The notes beneath the pieces were generated by a model. That model made no database searches and was not told the DNA's origin. It saw only the letters and a list, made by a program, of their open reading frames with translations. The translations under genes were made by a program, and so were the position numbers. A DNA stretch of 63,940 nucleotides, counting the filler, from an uncultured archaeon (GTDB taxonomy: Archaea > Iainarchaeota > Iainarchaeia > Iainarchaeales > 1-14-0-10-31-34): assembly GCA_964442255.1 (NCBI GenBank). It is 3 parts of 3 records of this genome, joined end to end, with 100 filler letters (N's around TTAATTAATTAA, not from the genome) between each part and the next. Parts side by side here need not be neighbours in the genome. Positions count along the whole stretch, not along the records: positions 1 to 27,538 come from CAYTYC010000019.1; 2 more parts are not named here. One strand, 5' to 3'. This document shows positions 1 through 10,600 of this stretch, piece by piece (positions within the stretch are counted from its first letter, which is position 1; every line of letters begins with the position of its first letter).

Positions 1-191
1 AAAGTTTCTCCGCCGAAGGCGGCCCTTTTTGATCAAACTTTTTGGAAAAAAGTTTTTTGGCGAAGCAATCCGCCGAAGGCGGCCCTTTTTAATCAAACTT
101 TTTGGAAAAAAGTTTGTTTTGATAAAACTTTTGGAAAAAGTTTTTTGGGAAGAAATCCGCAGACCGCTGCCTGAAGGCAGCGGATTTCTTT
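1..191. repeat. Cluster of REP-like palindromic repeats (CCGCCGAAGGCGG hairpin + AAACTTTT..AAAAGTTT hairpin)
   Basis: Two ~60-bp units plus a partial third, then hairpin AAGAAATCCGC...GCGGATTTCTT; same family at 14585-14700 and 63826-63940. Confidence 0.8.
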
Positions 192-256
192 GGGTTAGTT
201 AAAAAAAACCTGCACCCGCTTTGGATTTATTTCTTCCGCCCCGGCCCGGAAAAATT

Positions 257-985
257 TTACCCCATTTTTTTCAGGCACTTTGCAACAAAAGGGCTTTCAA
301 GGAAAATCGCCTTGTCTTCTTCCCCCCCTTCATTCAAAAACAGCATCACGTTCCTGTTGTCGAACACCGCATACCTTGCTGGATTTGGTGAAGGCTTGAG
401 GTAGCTTACTTCCCCAAAGCTTTCCTTCAGCTTCTCCCCGCCTCCAAAGACGCCCAAAGAGAGTTTAACGCCCTTTTTTTCGAGTGAATCAAGTTTTTGC
501 TTGAAGGCATTCAGTTTATTGACTGCGTTGGCTTCGGAAGTTGAAATAATGACCTCTTCCCTGCTTTTGTTTAACTCGTTTTCAATCGCGGAATAAATGT
601 TGTCTTTGCCCCTTAACAGCCATACCTTTTCCCCGCTTTCAGGGGGAGTGCCGCCTGGTTCAAGCCTTTTTCCGAGTTTTTCGCTTAAATCCTTTAATTC
701 CCGCATGCTTTCCTCAAACTCTTTTCTTCTGGCTTTCTCCAGGTTTCCTAAAGCGGTTTTAACGTCCAATGCCCTGAACTTTATTGGCCGGGAGGGATTC
801 ATCACAACAAACCCTTTCTTTTCCAGCCCCATCAGCACATCGTATACCCTTGCGCGGGGAATTCCCGCGTTTTTGCTGATGCTGGAGGCGCCTGCCTCAT
901 TCAGTTTAAGCAAAGAGTAATAGGTTTTGGATTCGTATTCATTCAATCCGGCACGCTTAAGCAGAGAAAGCATTTCCCTCATCAA
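257..985 (-). CDS. TrmB-family transcriptional regulator
   Basis: GLNEYESKTY...IPRARVYDVLMGLEKKGFV wHTH, coiled coil, C-terminal effector-binding-like domain. Confidence 0.9.
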   Translation of the reverse strand: MMREMLSLLKRAGLNEYESKTYYSLLKLNEAGASSISKNAGIPRARVYDVLMGLEKKGFVVMNPSRPIKFRALDVKTALGNLEKARRKEFEESMRELKDLSEKLGKRLEPGGTPPESGEKVWLLRGKDNIYSAIENELNKSREEVIISTSEANAVNKLNAFKQKLDSLEKKGVKLSLGVFGGGEKLKESFGEVSYLKPSPNPARYAVFDNRNVMLFLNEGGEEDKAIFLESPFVAKCLKKMG

Positions 986-1304
986 ATTCCCTCGTTCACC
1001 TGAACGCTAGGATAAGGGAAAAGGAGTATTTAAATGTTTTTGCTTACGGTTCTGTTTCACTTTTTGTTGGAGGATTTTGCGGCAAGGGTTTTTGCTTGCG
1101 CTTTTTTGCTTGTTTTTGTGTTGGGGCTTGAAATTCTTGCCGCGCATGGCGGACGTAATTTTCCAAAAAACTCTTTGTTTTGGGGGGCAAAATTCAAAAA
1201 CAGGCAAATTCAATACAGCCGCCAACACTTAACGAAACAGAACCTTGCTTATACATTCCACGGAAAGCTTTAATTAAAGTTTAAACATCCAGTTATTGGT
1301 TGAA

Positions 1305-2297
1305 ATGCGTAAACCTCCAAAAAAAAATGACGCCTGGAAAAGAACAGGGAAGAAAAATCCCGAAAGCGACAACCCAAAAAAACTACGTATGGCGTATGAA
1401 ATACTGAAAAGAGAAATAGATGCAAAATATAATATAACACAAGTGCCAGAAAGCTCTGCATCCAAAACCCGCGGCAGAAAAAGAAGGCCTCCTGTAATTA
1501 ACATTAAAGGAATAAGGGACGCGGCTGGAAGAAGGCTTCGGGGAGCCGTAAGGGCGGGAGCCAAATGGATCGGGGACGCAGGCAAGAGGATTGTCCCCCA
1601 AAAAGTGGAGCCATCACATGGAATACTAATTTTTGAGCACGGAAAAAAACATGACGAAGAGGTGCCGCGCAGGCAACTCGAAAGAAGGCTTCGGGAAGAA
1701 TCGAAAGCAGGAAAGAGTGCCCTAACATATAGCTATGGCGCGACAATTGGCAGATATAACCCACGAATCAAAGTTAATGCCGTGCGCTGGCAGAATCTGC
1801 TTGACTTGAGGACGCTTTTGGATGAAATGAGGCAGATTTCAGCGGAAGGCAACGTGCCCCTGCACGGCAAATTCAAAACTAACAGGATTAAAACTTCAGG
1901 AAAAGCCGCAGATTTTTTTGTTGGATTGCAGATAGGCAGATTAAGGTTTGGGCGAATTCTGGCAAGGCATTTTGAAAGCTGGCTTGTTCCGGCGGTTGAC
2001 CTTAAAAGAAACAGTTTGGATGTTGAAAAAATCAGGTGGAGAAATGCGGCGGAACTGCAAAAAATTTTAAGTGAAGCGGAAAAAGTTGCAAAGGCTTTGG
2101 GCTTAGGTCGGGTGAACTGGAGAATCAAAAGAAGAAGCATTAAACTCGAGGACCGCAAACCCCGGATAAACACTAAAGGAATACCAAAAAAGGACTGGCT
2201 TCCGAACGGATGGAAGATGGAGATTTTCCCGCAAGACAAAAACCTTGAGCCCAGGGAAGCAAACTGGCGCGAATGGATAATTTCCAAAGAGGTTTAA
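1305..2297 (+). CDS. Hypothetical highly basic (R/K-rich) protein
   Basis: ~330-aa ORF, ATG at 1305, no recognisable motif. Confidence 0.6.
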   Translation: MRKPPKKNDAWKRTGKKNPESDNPKKLRMAYEILKREIDAKYNITQVPESSASKTRGRKRRPPVINIKGIRDAAGRRLRGAVRAGAKWIGDAGKRIVPQKVEPSHGILIFEHGKKHDEEVPRRQLERRLREESKAGKSALTYSYGATIGRYNPRIKVNAVRWQNLLDLRTLLDEMRQISAEGNVPLHGKFKTNRIKTSGKAADFFVGLQIGRLRFGRILARHFESWLVPAVDLKRNSLDVEKIRWRNAAELQKILSEAEKVAKALGLGRVNWRIKRRSIKLEDRKPRINTKGIPKKDWLPNGWKMEIFPQDKNLEPREANWREWIISKEV

Positions 2298-2302
2298 AAA
2301 AA

Positions 2303-4675
2303 CTATTTTTCGTAAAAAACCCAAACGGTTTCATAGCCGAGGGCGGAGTTTTTAAATCCGGTGTATATGTAATAAACCTTTTTCAAATCCTTGCAGGGCT
2401 CCACTTTTTTCACTGCCAAGAATGCCTTTGTTTTCCACCACGTATCCCAGGAATCTATTCTCACACCTTCATTAACTTTCTCAACTTCGCAAAAAGGCAC
2501 ACTTCCATCCAACAGCCTAAGGTCAACAGTAAGTTTGTCTTTGCCGATATCAGTAACTTCAACTGAGTAAGCCGTCCCCGGAAGGTCTCCCTTTGAGCCT
2601 GTTGGGGAGGCCGCAAATTCGTATCCTTTGAGCCTTGAATAGTTTGCAAGTTGCCCAGGCTTTGTTGCCTTTGATTCATTGAAAATCAAGTTGAAGTTAA
2701 GTGTTTTGTTGCCTGCACTGTCTTTTCCGAATGAAACAAATTCAAACACCAAAAGCCCAAGGTTTCCGCATCCATATGAATATAAATCCAATCTTCCGAA
2801 CCCCACAAGACGGGCGTGCAGTTTTGGCATTTCGCAAATTTCGCTACCGCCTGCATCTAAAACCTTTACCGCGGTCATGTCTGCGGCCAAGAACCGTACC
2901 TTAATGTCAACTTTAACCAGATAATCGGTTCCTGGGACCGGTTGGGTGGATTTATCCTGGAAATTAGCGAAATTAACGACAACATAGCTTCTTTCATCCA
3001 GCGCACCCGCAACACCGGTTGTAGGGGGGGTCCCTGTTCCGGGGGTTCCGCCTGGAACGGTCCCTAGCGTGGTGTCTGCCCCTGGCGCAGTATCCCCGGT
3101 CACGGCGGTTGAAGAAACATCACTGAATTTTTTCACTTCGCTTCCCACTGGAATCCAGACTGGAAAGAAATCCGAGGGGGAAAAGCCTTCCTTTAGCGCC
3201 CTTACGCTGTACCCAAAGTTTTCGTTTCCTGCAGCGTGAATGAACTGCTTTTTTCCTATTGGCGCCGGGTAAAGCCTTACAGTTGAAGGAAGCTTTGCCA
3301 AGTTAAATTCGTTTGGGTTGGGAAGCGAAGCAGAGTAAGCGGAATGGGCCAAAACCTCGAAAGAATCCCCTTCCAATGTATCCCACTCAACAATTACCCC
3401 GCCGCCTTCAATTGGGTTAGCGGAAACGCTTGTTGGAGGGTCCAGCTCGGTTTCAGCAGAAACCGTTTCCTTAACCTCAACCTTTTCCGTTGAAGCCTCC
3501 CCCCCTTCCTCAGTGGTTATTATGTACCCTGAAGTCCTTTCCAGTTTCTTTTTGAAGATTCCCTTAACAAAACTTGAGTCAATGCACGCAAGGCAGGTTA
3601 AGATTGTATTGCATTTTCCGCACTCCGTTGAAGGCTCTACTCCTGGCTCGCCGTAAACCTCGAACTGAATAATTTTTGTTGCCTTTGAAACGCCTGTTCC
3701 CTGCTGGTCGTCAACTGTCACCCGCATTTTCCAAACCCCCATATCGTTTTCAGTAAAAAGCCCTGTCACCGGATAAACCAGTTTCCCCGTATTCTTTGGG
3801 GCAGAGTAATCAATTTCATGGAGTATTTTGCTTGCATCCGGGCTGTCAATTATTTTCCAGTAAAACTCCAGAATATTCCCTGCGTCTACGTCATAGGAAT
3901 CCGATGCGTCGATTGTAATCTGCTCCCCCACTTTCACTTTTTCCGGCCATGAAACATCCAGAATTGGACCGTGGTTTTCTTCTGCCCCAAGCAAGGCTGC
4001 ATCAACCCTGCTCTGCGTTATTGTGAGGGAAGCCGTTTCAGGGTTCGGCTCAATATAGCTTGCGCCGCAGTTTCCGTTTCCTGTCTTGTCCTGGCAGACG
4101 TAAACCTGGAATTTTTCCCCTGTCCAGCCTTCAACCGAAAAAGAATAGTCCTTTTTTCCTTTCTCAAAGTAAAACTCCACTCCAGTAGAGCTAATGTCAC
4201 TCCATTTGATTATTGTGCCGTCGTTTTTTTTCGTTAAACCCGAATGTGAAGAAATTGACCTGCTTAACTGCTTTCCGGTTCCCTTATAAATTCCCACATA
4301 TGTCCTGCTTGCTTTTGCTTCAATTGAGGTTTCAGAAACAGGGAACTTTATTGTTGTTCCGGAGGTAAAGTCAGGGGGAAAGCACACCCCAAAGGCGGCG
4401 CCGGTTGTGGGGTTGAACATATTGCATTCAAAGTCTTCGCCAGCCGCCTTCAACGGGTAAATCCACATGTCCGAAAGGCCTGTTGCGGGAGGCGGCGAAG
4501 TCCCGGGGGCAGATGCCAGCATTGAGGAAAGCGCTCCAAGGGCTTTTTTGGTGCTGCCTGGAAACACAACGCTGGTCTGCGCCAGGGCAAAGGCTGCACA
4601 GAAAAGCGTAAGCAAAACCAGGAAAGCCAATGCAAGCCGTTTTTTGCTCGTTTCCTTCACTTTAATCCGTTCCAT
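2303..4675 (-). CDS. Large secreted/surface protein with PKD-like and FN3-like domains; paralog of 7672-10689
   Basis: Signal peptide; VKVGEQITIDASDSYDVD PKD motif; CxxCNxIxxCLACxD and ALDERxYVV blocks shared with the 1005-aa protein. Confidence 0.75.
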   Translation of the reverse strand: MERIKVKETSKKRLALAFLVLLTLFCAAFALAQTSVVFPGSTKKALGALSSMLASAPGTSPPPATGLSDMWIYPLKAAGEDFECNMFNPTTGAAFGVCFPPDFTSGTTIKFPVSETSIEAKASRTYVGIYKGTGKQLSRSISSHSGLTKKNDGTIIKWSDISSTGVEFYFEKGKKDYSFSVEGWTGEKFQVYVCQDKTGNGNCGASYIEPNPETASLTITQSRVDAALLGAEENHGPILDVSWPEKVKVGEQITIDASDSYDVDAGNILEFYWKIIDSPDASKILHEIDYSAPKNTGKLVYPVTGLFTENDMGVWKMRVTVDDQQGTGVSKATKIIQFEVYGEPGVEPSTECGKCNTILTCLACIDSSFVKGIFKKKLERTSGYIITTEEGGEASTEKVEVKETVSAETELDPPTSVSANPIEGGGVIVEWDTLEGDSFEVLAHSAYSASLPNPNEFNLAKLPSTVRLYPAPIGKKQFIHAAGNENFGYSVRALKEGFSPSDFFPVWIPVGSEVKKFSDVSSTAVTGDTAPGADTTLGTVPGGTPGTGTPPTTGVAGALDERSYVVVNFANFQDKSTQPVPGTDYLVKVDIKVRFLAADMTAVKVLDAGGSEICEMPKLHARLVGFGRLDLYSYGCGNLGLLVFEFVSFGKDSAGNKTLNFNLIFNESKATKPGQLANYSRLKGYEFAASPTGSKGDLPGTAYSVEVTDIGKDKLTVDLRLLDGSVPFCEVEKVNEGVRIDSWDTWWKTKAFLAVKKVEPCKDLKKVYYIYTGFKNSALGYETVWVFYEK

Positions 4676-6941
4676 CCACTACCAATTCAAAAGGCAAAGA
4701 AACTTTAAGTGCTTCCTCCAGCGGTAGAGACGAATGGTTTCCAACCCCAGCATTATCATAACTCCCGCTAAGAGCCCTATATGCGTTGCCCCTGTTTAGC
4801 ACCGATTCTTTAAAATACCCCATACAACAATACCATATAAAATTTACTTCGTCCTCTGAAAAGCCTTCCTCCATTAAAAGGCGTCCAACATGGTTGGGGC
4901 CGTTAAAAAGAAGTGTTTCCCCTGAAAAGTCTTTTTCCATTAAAAGAAGCTCTGGTGAATTAAAGGAATCAAACGGCACTCCTTCTTTTGAAAGCCCCCC
5001 TGCTCCTGACTCCTGTTTGGGTCCATTTCCCATGGAAAGAATTACCCCCAACCAAGTGGCAGACGCCATGTCCGGGGAATGAATTCGGATTTCATTATCC
5101 ACGCTTGTGACCATTTTTCTCTTTGTTTCACGCGGAAGCCTGAAAATCCTTTCCACAAGTGCCTCCAACTCTTCAACTCTTTCCTCATCGGAAGTATCCG
5201 CAACAGTGTAACCAAAGCAGTCGTCTTGAATGGGGGCAACATTCACGGGACCCAAAAGAAGCTTTAGCCTGTCCGTTACTTCAAGTGCCCATAAACTGGA
5301 TTCCTCGTCTTTGGCGCTTTTCCCGAAGTCCAGCTCAACAGCAAGTGTTTGGTTTTTTTCCTCAAGACCCTGGAGTTCATATGCCGTGCCCTTCAACACC
5401 GCAGTTATTTTTTTTCCGCCTTCATCGTAAAAAGTGATGTCCGCATGCGTCCTCACTTTATCCAAGTCAACAAAATGGGTTAAGTCAACTTCAGGACGAA
5501 ACCCCCCAGGCTCTCCAGTCCCGTCAAACGAAGCCCAAGGATAAGAGTATTGGGATTCCTCCTCTTCCCTTAAAGCTTTTACCGCAAATTTGTCAGTAAT
5601 AGAATACAGGGGGCTGCCCACGGAAAAATCGTCTGAATACGGGTGCGGGGTTTTTTCGCATCCGCTTATGCCCACGGAATTGGGGTTTCCTGAAATCGTT
5701 TCAGGGCAGTTCAGAATTTCATATCCTGTTGCTCCTTCCACTTTAGTCCAGGAAACCTCGACCATGCCAACAGCATTCCTTTTCACATAAACCTTCGCAG
5801 GGGGCTGTAAACCTTGCACACCCCCAGTTGCGCTGCCAGGCTGCCCTTTTGCGGTGTCTGGGAGGGTGCTTCCAGGCGCAGTGGCTTTTGTGCCTGCCTG
5901 AAGCTTTGAACCGCTTCCTGAGATAGTGAACGTGAATTTTTCAACACCGCCTTCATCCACAACAGCATCATTGTAAACGACTTCAACAAGCCACTCCCCT
6001 TCATCCCCTTTCTTGAACGCGTCAGGCTTCCAGACAAACGAATCACCTAATTTGACGGTTTCTTTTTTCAGCGTGCGGAACCGTCCCTTCCTATAGAGCC
6101 TTACACTGAAGTCTGTTTTGAAATCCGAAGGCCCAAAAAAAGTTTCATTGGTTCCGTTTACACTGTCGAAGTATGTTTCGTAGCCCGGCTTAATCTCTAT
6201 TTTCATCTTGTCGCCGACAGCCGGATTCATGTCAAGGGCATGAAGCACTTCACTGCCCCAATTACCCGATACAGAGTCTTTAGGGTCTGCCTTCTCCTTG
6301 CCCTGGGAGTCCAGCAAAGTAAACTGAATTGAATGGTCCGGCAAAACAACGTCTTTGAAAAACGGCCTGAACTCGTCTTCATCTGAAAGGGTAATGCGCA
6401 GGACGGAACGGAATATCAGGCCTTTGTCGGGGTCCTCATCTTTCTTAAAAAAAAGGTAAGGGGCTTTTTTATCGTTTGGAAGAATTAAAGGGGAAAACCC
6501 GTAAAGGTTTGAAGGCAAAGCCCAGTTGTTATGAATTTCTATTCCGTAGTCGCACTTGGCAGAAGTATTGTTGGCCCCAAACGAGATTACGTTCCCGCCC
6601 CCGCAATTCGACGCAACCCAACCATTTGCAGTGTGTCTTAGGACCCTAATCTGAAAGTTTACGGTGTCGTCGCTGTTAATGCTCAGCTCTTTGACTTGAA
6701 TCTGGTTTGAGCCAAACTCCACGTAATCCCCTTTCTTTAGCATAACCCACTCAAAGGAAAGTTTGTCAAAATAGGCAGTGGCGTGGTCCTCAAACAAGAA
6801 TTTTTTTATGTGGGCATAAAGCGGGTCAGGGCCCCGGACTGCGGCTTCATCCCCGTAAACCTTTTCCACTGCAGCAGCAAAGCCTGAAAACAGAAGCAGG
6901 AAAAAAAGGAAAAAAGCCGTGAAAAGCGTTTTGTTTTTCAT
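4662..6941 (-). CDS. Large secreted protein with FN3 domain and possible degenerate lytic-transglycosylase-like C-terminus
   Basis: Signal peptide MKNKTLFTAFFLFFLLLFSGFAAA; PPAKVYV...VSWTKVEGATGYEI FN3 pattern. Confidence 0.7.
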   Translation of the reverse strand: MKNKTLFTAFFLFFLLLFSGFAAAVEKVYGDEAAVRGPDPLYAHIKKFLFEDHATAYFDKLSFEWVMLKKGDYVEFGSNQIQVKELSINSDDTVNFQIRVLRHTANGWVASNCGGGNVISFGANNTSAKCDYGIEIHNNWALPSNLYGFSPLILPNDKKAPYLFFKKDEDPDKGLIFRSVLRITLSDEDEFRPFFKDVVLPDHSIQFTLLDSQGKEKADPKDSVSGNWGSEVLHALDMNPAVGDKMKIEIKPGYETYFDSVNGTNETFFGPSDFKTDFSVRLYRKGRFRTLKKETVKLGDSFVWKPDAFKKGDEGEWLVEVVYNDAVVDEGGVEKFTFTISGSGSKLQAGTKATAPGSTLPDTAKGQPGSATGGVQGLQPPAKVYVKRNAVGMVEVSWTKVEGATGYEILNCPETISGNPNSVGISGCEKTPHPYSDDFSVGSPLYSITDKFAVKALREEEESQYSYPWASFDGTGEPGGFRPEVDLTHFVDLDKVRTHADITFYDEGGKKITAVLKGTAYELQGLEEKNQTLAVELDFGKSAKDEESSLWALEVTDRLKLLLGPVNVAPIQDDCFGYTVADTSDEERVEELEALVERIFRLPRETKRKMVTSVDNEIRIHSPDMASATWLGVILSMGNGPKQESGAGGLSKEGVPFDSFNSPELLLMEKDFSGETLLFNGPNHVGRLLMEEGFSEDEVNFIWYCCMGYFKESVLNRGNAYRALSGSYDNAGVGNHSSLPLEEALKVSLPFELVVDGTD

Positions 6942-6951
6942 TTGCTTTCCC

Positions 6952-7575
6952 TCACTGGCACAATTCATTTAATTCGTCCACCCCTTCCTGCGCTTCCAGA
7001 AGCTGCTGCTCCAGGGAAGGCAAATCAACATCGTAACTGAATATCCCTGCTTCCTTCGCCTGCAAAGGATACGTTGAAACAAAGTCTTTGACTTCGGAGT
7101 CCATAAACGAAATGACTTCAAACAATGCCTTGTTTTTCTTGTGGATTTCCTCAATCTCTGTTTTCCTTTCGCAGGCGTTTTCCTCGGTTAAAGGCGTTTC
7201 CTGAAACCTTGCATTTGTTTCGTCCACGTCCTTTGCCTGCCTTAACTGCCCGACAAAGTTTAGCTGGATTCCCGCCAATTCCTTCAAAGCCTTTATATTT
7301 CCTGTTTCATTCACTCCCTGAAGCCCGGACTTAAACGCCTCCAAATCATTTTCCAATGCATCAAGCTGCCCTTCACTTATGTCTTTTGCCTCAATTTCAT
7401 TCAAAGCCCTTGCATCCAGCCCGTGCTTTTCCCAGTAGCCTTTCAACTCCTGAAAGCCCTCCGAAAAGGTGAGGGACGGCTTGAATACTCCAAGCGGGTC
7501 AAAGAAATAGAATAATGCACCGGCTACAACCATCACCACAACAATCCAAACAGCCTTTCCCACGGGTTCACCCAA
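6952..7575 (-). CDS. Membrane-anchored coiled-coil protein (paralog of 13213-13836)
   Basis: N-terminal TM helix, helical body; first ~118 aa nearly identical to 13213-13836. Confidence 0.75.
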   Translation of the reverse strand: MGEPVGKAVWIVVVMVVAGALFYFFDPLGVFKPSLTFSEGFQELKGYWEKHGLDARALNEIEAKDISEGQLDALENDLEAFKSGLQGVNETGNIKALKELAGIQLNFVGQLRQAKDVDETNARFQETPLTEENACERKTEIEEIHKKNKALFEVISFMDSEVKDFVSTYPLQAKEAGIFSYDVDLPSLEQQLLEAQEGVDELNELCQ

Positions 7576-7631
7576 TTAAATTATTCTATTAATCAAAATA
7601 TAAAGATTTTGGGCTTTAAAAGGCTTCTGGT
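7223..7631. repeat. 409-bp direct repeat, copy 1
   Basis: Matches 13484-13892 with one mismatch by eye (7241 C vs 13502 T); covers promoter and 5' part of the gene. Confidence 0.95.
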
Positions 7632-7671
7632 AAAACAAAAGCTTTTTTTTCTGCTTCCAGGCTTAATTATT

Positions 7672-10600
7672 TCAGAAGAACTCTTCCACGGCTTCCTCTA
7701 TCGTGGAAACCCCTTTCACTTCCATTCCAAAGATCCTGCCTTTTTCAACCAGTTCAGGGGTTTTCTGGCTTGCGGGCACAAGAAAAACCTTTCCGCCTTC
7801 CAGCGCCCAAGCCTCAAGCTTTTCAGGGATGCCATCAACTGCCCTAATTTCCCCGTTTTGCTCGATTGCGCCCGTGACTGCAACATCTCGCCTTGGGTTT
7901 TCCCCCCTTATCGCACCGATTGCCGCGATGGTTAAGGCGGCACCCGCACTTCCGCCTTCAGCAATGAAAGCATCCCACTCATCCATTGAGTAAACAACTT
8001 CCTTTCCAGTCAGGCTTTCCCCGGTTACATTTTCTGCAACCTCTGCCGCAGTTTCAGCAGACCTCCGCAACATTAAGCCAATAAGGGCATCCTTTATGCC
8101 AAAGGAAACCTTTTTCTCCCCGGCTGTTCCTTCACGGATTTCAACCCTTGCAATTCCGACATTGCCTTCGTAAAGCAAGTTAACTGAAACAACATTTATT
8201 GTTGAAGAAAAAAACCCTTTTGAGTCAAAGAAAACCCAAAAAGTTGTGGAGCCCAAGTAAATGTAGTAAACCGTTCCCAAAGTTCTGCAGTTAGTTTTTT
8301 TCTTTACATTTGTGCGCTGTCCAAGAAGGATGCTGTTGTCATTAATCCCTTTGGCCCCGCAAAAGGAAACGTCGTTTTCCAGAAACTCAACGTCTATGGA
8401 GTTATGCAGGCTGTCAATGACGTGAACCTTGTAATTTGTTCCTGGAAATACATAAGCCCCAATTTTGGCGGGAAATTCGTAGCCCCTTACAGTCGAGGCT
8501 GCAGCAATCTGCTCCGAGTGAACCGCTTTTTCCTTGTTGTACATTGCGTTCAGCCTTACCTTTGTTTCGTTGTCCTCAAAGGAAACGTACTCCAGAATCA
8601 TTCCAAACTTGTCCGGACATTCAATGAATTTTTCGTTCATTCTCCCAAAGTCTCCCCTGACGCGATGCAAGTGATTCACTCCACACACGATGGTGCCTGT
8701 GCCCCTTGAAAGGACTTCAACATTCACCCAGTCATCCCAAAGCCGCGTCCACTCGGATTTAATGTCAACCTTCAAATCAAATTCTGTTCCCGGGATTTGC
8801 GCTGTGTCACCGTCAGCCAAAAGGAAACTCAAAACAACGTATTCCCTTTCATCCAAAGCCTCTCCGGAAGGCGGAATAATAGGCTCCGCCCCCGGGGAAG
8901 GCAACTCAATCCCTTTAACGGATTCGTCTGACGCGTCCCCAATTTTCCTCCACTTTTCGCCTGCCTTAACCCAGTGGCCAAAAAAAACAGATTCGGTTCC
9001 GTCTTCCCCTATTGCCCTAATACTGTATTCGTAATTGCTTTTTTCGCCTGCCTGGGAAAAGCTTGTCTGCCCTTCGGGAACGCGGTAAAGCCTGAAAGTT
9101 GAAGGAAGGGAAAGCACGTTAACCTCATTCGGCGTTCCAGGCCCTTCACTTGAATCGGAGTGCACCAGAACCTCAAACCTTTTTCCAGTTCCGCCCTCCC
9201 ATTCAAGCAAAACACCTGAAGAGGAAAGCGCTGCGGACAGCTGTACAGGGGCATTCGCGCTTAATGCGTCAAGCTCTTCCGGCTCTTTAACCCTGACGAT
9301 TTCACCTGTGGAAAGATTTTTGTATCCTGAAACCAGTTCCAGCCTTTTCTGGAACAAATTCCTCACAAACCCTTCGTCAAGGCATGCAAGGCAAGACTGG
9401 ATTGAATTGCATTCAGTGCACGGCGTCAAAACAGGCGCGGTGGGCGTGGGGCCAATTGGTTCGGGGAGCACTGGACCAGTATCAAGTGCGCCTTCATCCA
9501 GCGCAGTGCCCCTGTCTTTTGTCACCGTAAGCGAAGCTGCCTCCAGGTTTGGTTCAACGTAGGTGACCCTGTATTCAAGTTCGCTTTTTTCGTTAATGAA
9601 GTAATCGCAGAGGTTTCCTCCTGCTTCCTTGTTCTGGCAAACGTAAACCCTGAAAGGCGTTTCTTCATCCCAGCCCTCAACACTGAACTCAAAGCTTTCC
9701 TGGCCTTTCTCAAAGAAAAAGTCGAAGCCGTTTGCGCCTACCCTGCTCCATTCAATTGATTCTCCATTTTGAAGTTTTTTTGTAATGTAAGCTTCATTTT
9801 GTTTGGCGTCTAAAGGCAGTTCTCTTCCACTGAATCCTTTGTAGATTCCGACAAAAACATTTGATGCGCCTGAATCAACTGACGCGTTTTCAATTGGAAA
9901 CTTTATTTTGCCTGTTTTTGCTGTTCCGGGGAAACAGACTCCGTAGGCTTTTCCGTTAAGCGGGTCATCCGGGTTGAACATGTTGCAGCTGTACTCTTTT
10001 GCTTCTTCATCCAAAAGCTTTCCAATCCACAAGTCCTTAAATGGGGTTTCCGGAGGCAGGGTCGGAGTTGTAGGGCTTGTGGAAGTGGAGCCAGCGCCAA
10101 CCATTACATAAGCTGAAGAAGAGCCTCTGCCTGTGGACGAATCAAATGCCGTCACACTATACCAGTAATCCTTTCCTCCGTTCAAATGCAGAAAATTAAG
10201 GTGGATTATTTGCCCTGAAGAAGCTGATACGGCTGCAGCACTAGAATCTGTCTTAAAGAAAACCTCGTACTTGTCAGCCCCCGAAACAGCGTCCCATGAA
10301 ACCATTACCTGCTGGCCGCTGTTCAACCAGACAGCCTTAACGTTTTGCGGTTCAGGGAGAAGGGCTGTACCGGAGCTTACAGCTGCGGCCCCGCCCAAAG
10401 CCGTTCCTGCAGCCGCGCTTCCTGCTCCGGTAATGGTTCCCGCAGCCCCGCTTCCTGCTCCGGTAATGGTTCCCGCAGCCCCGCTTCCTCCTGCACCGGG
10501 AGGCTGTGCCCCCCCTGGCTGAGCCGGCTGGCTGGGTGCGGGCTGCTGAGACTGCTGAAGGACGGTATTCAGCACGTTGAAAGTGTTCTGCTGGTTTGGC

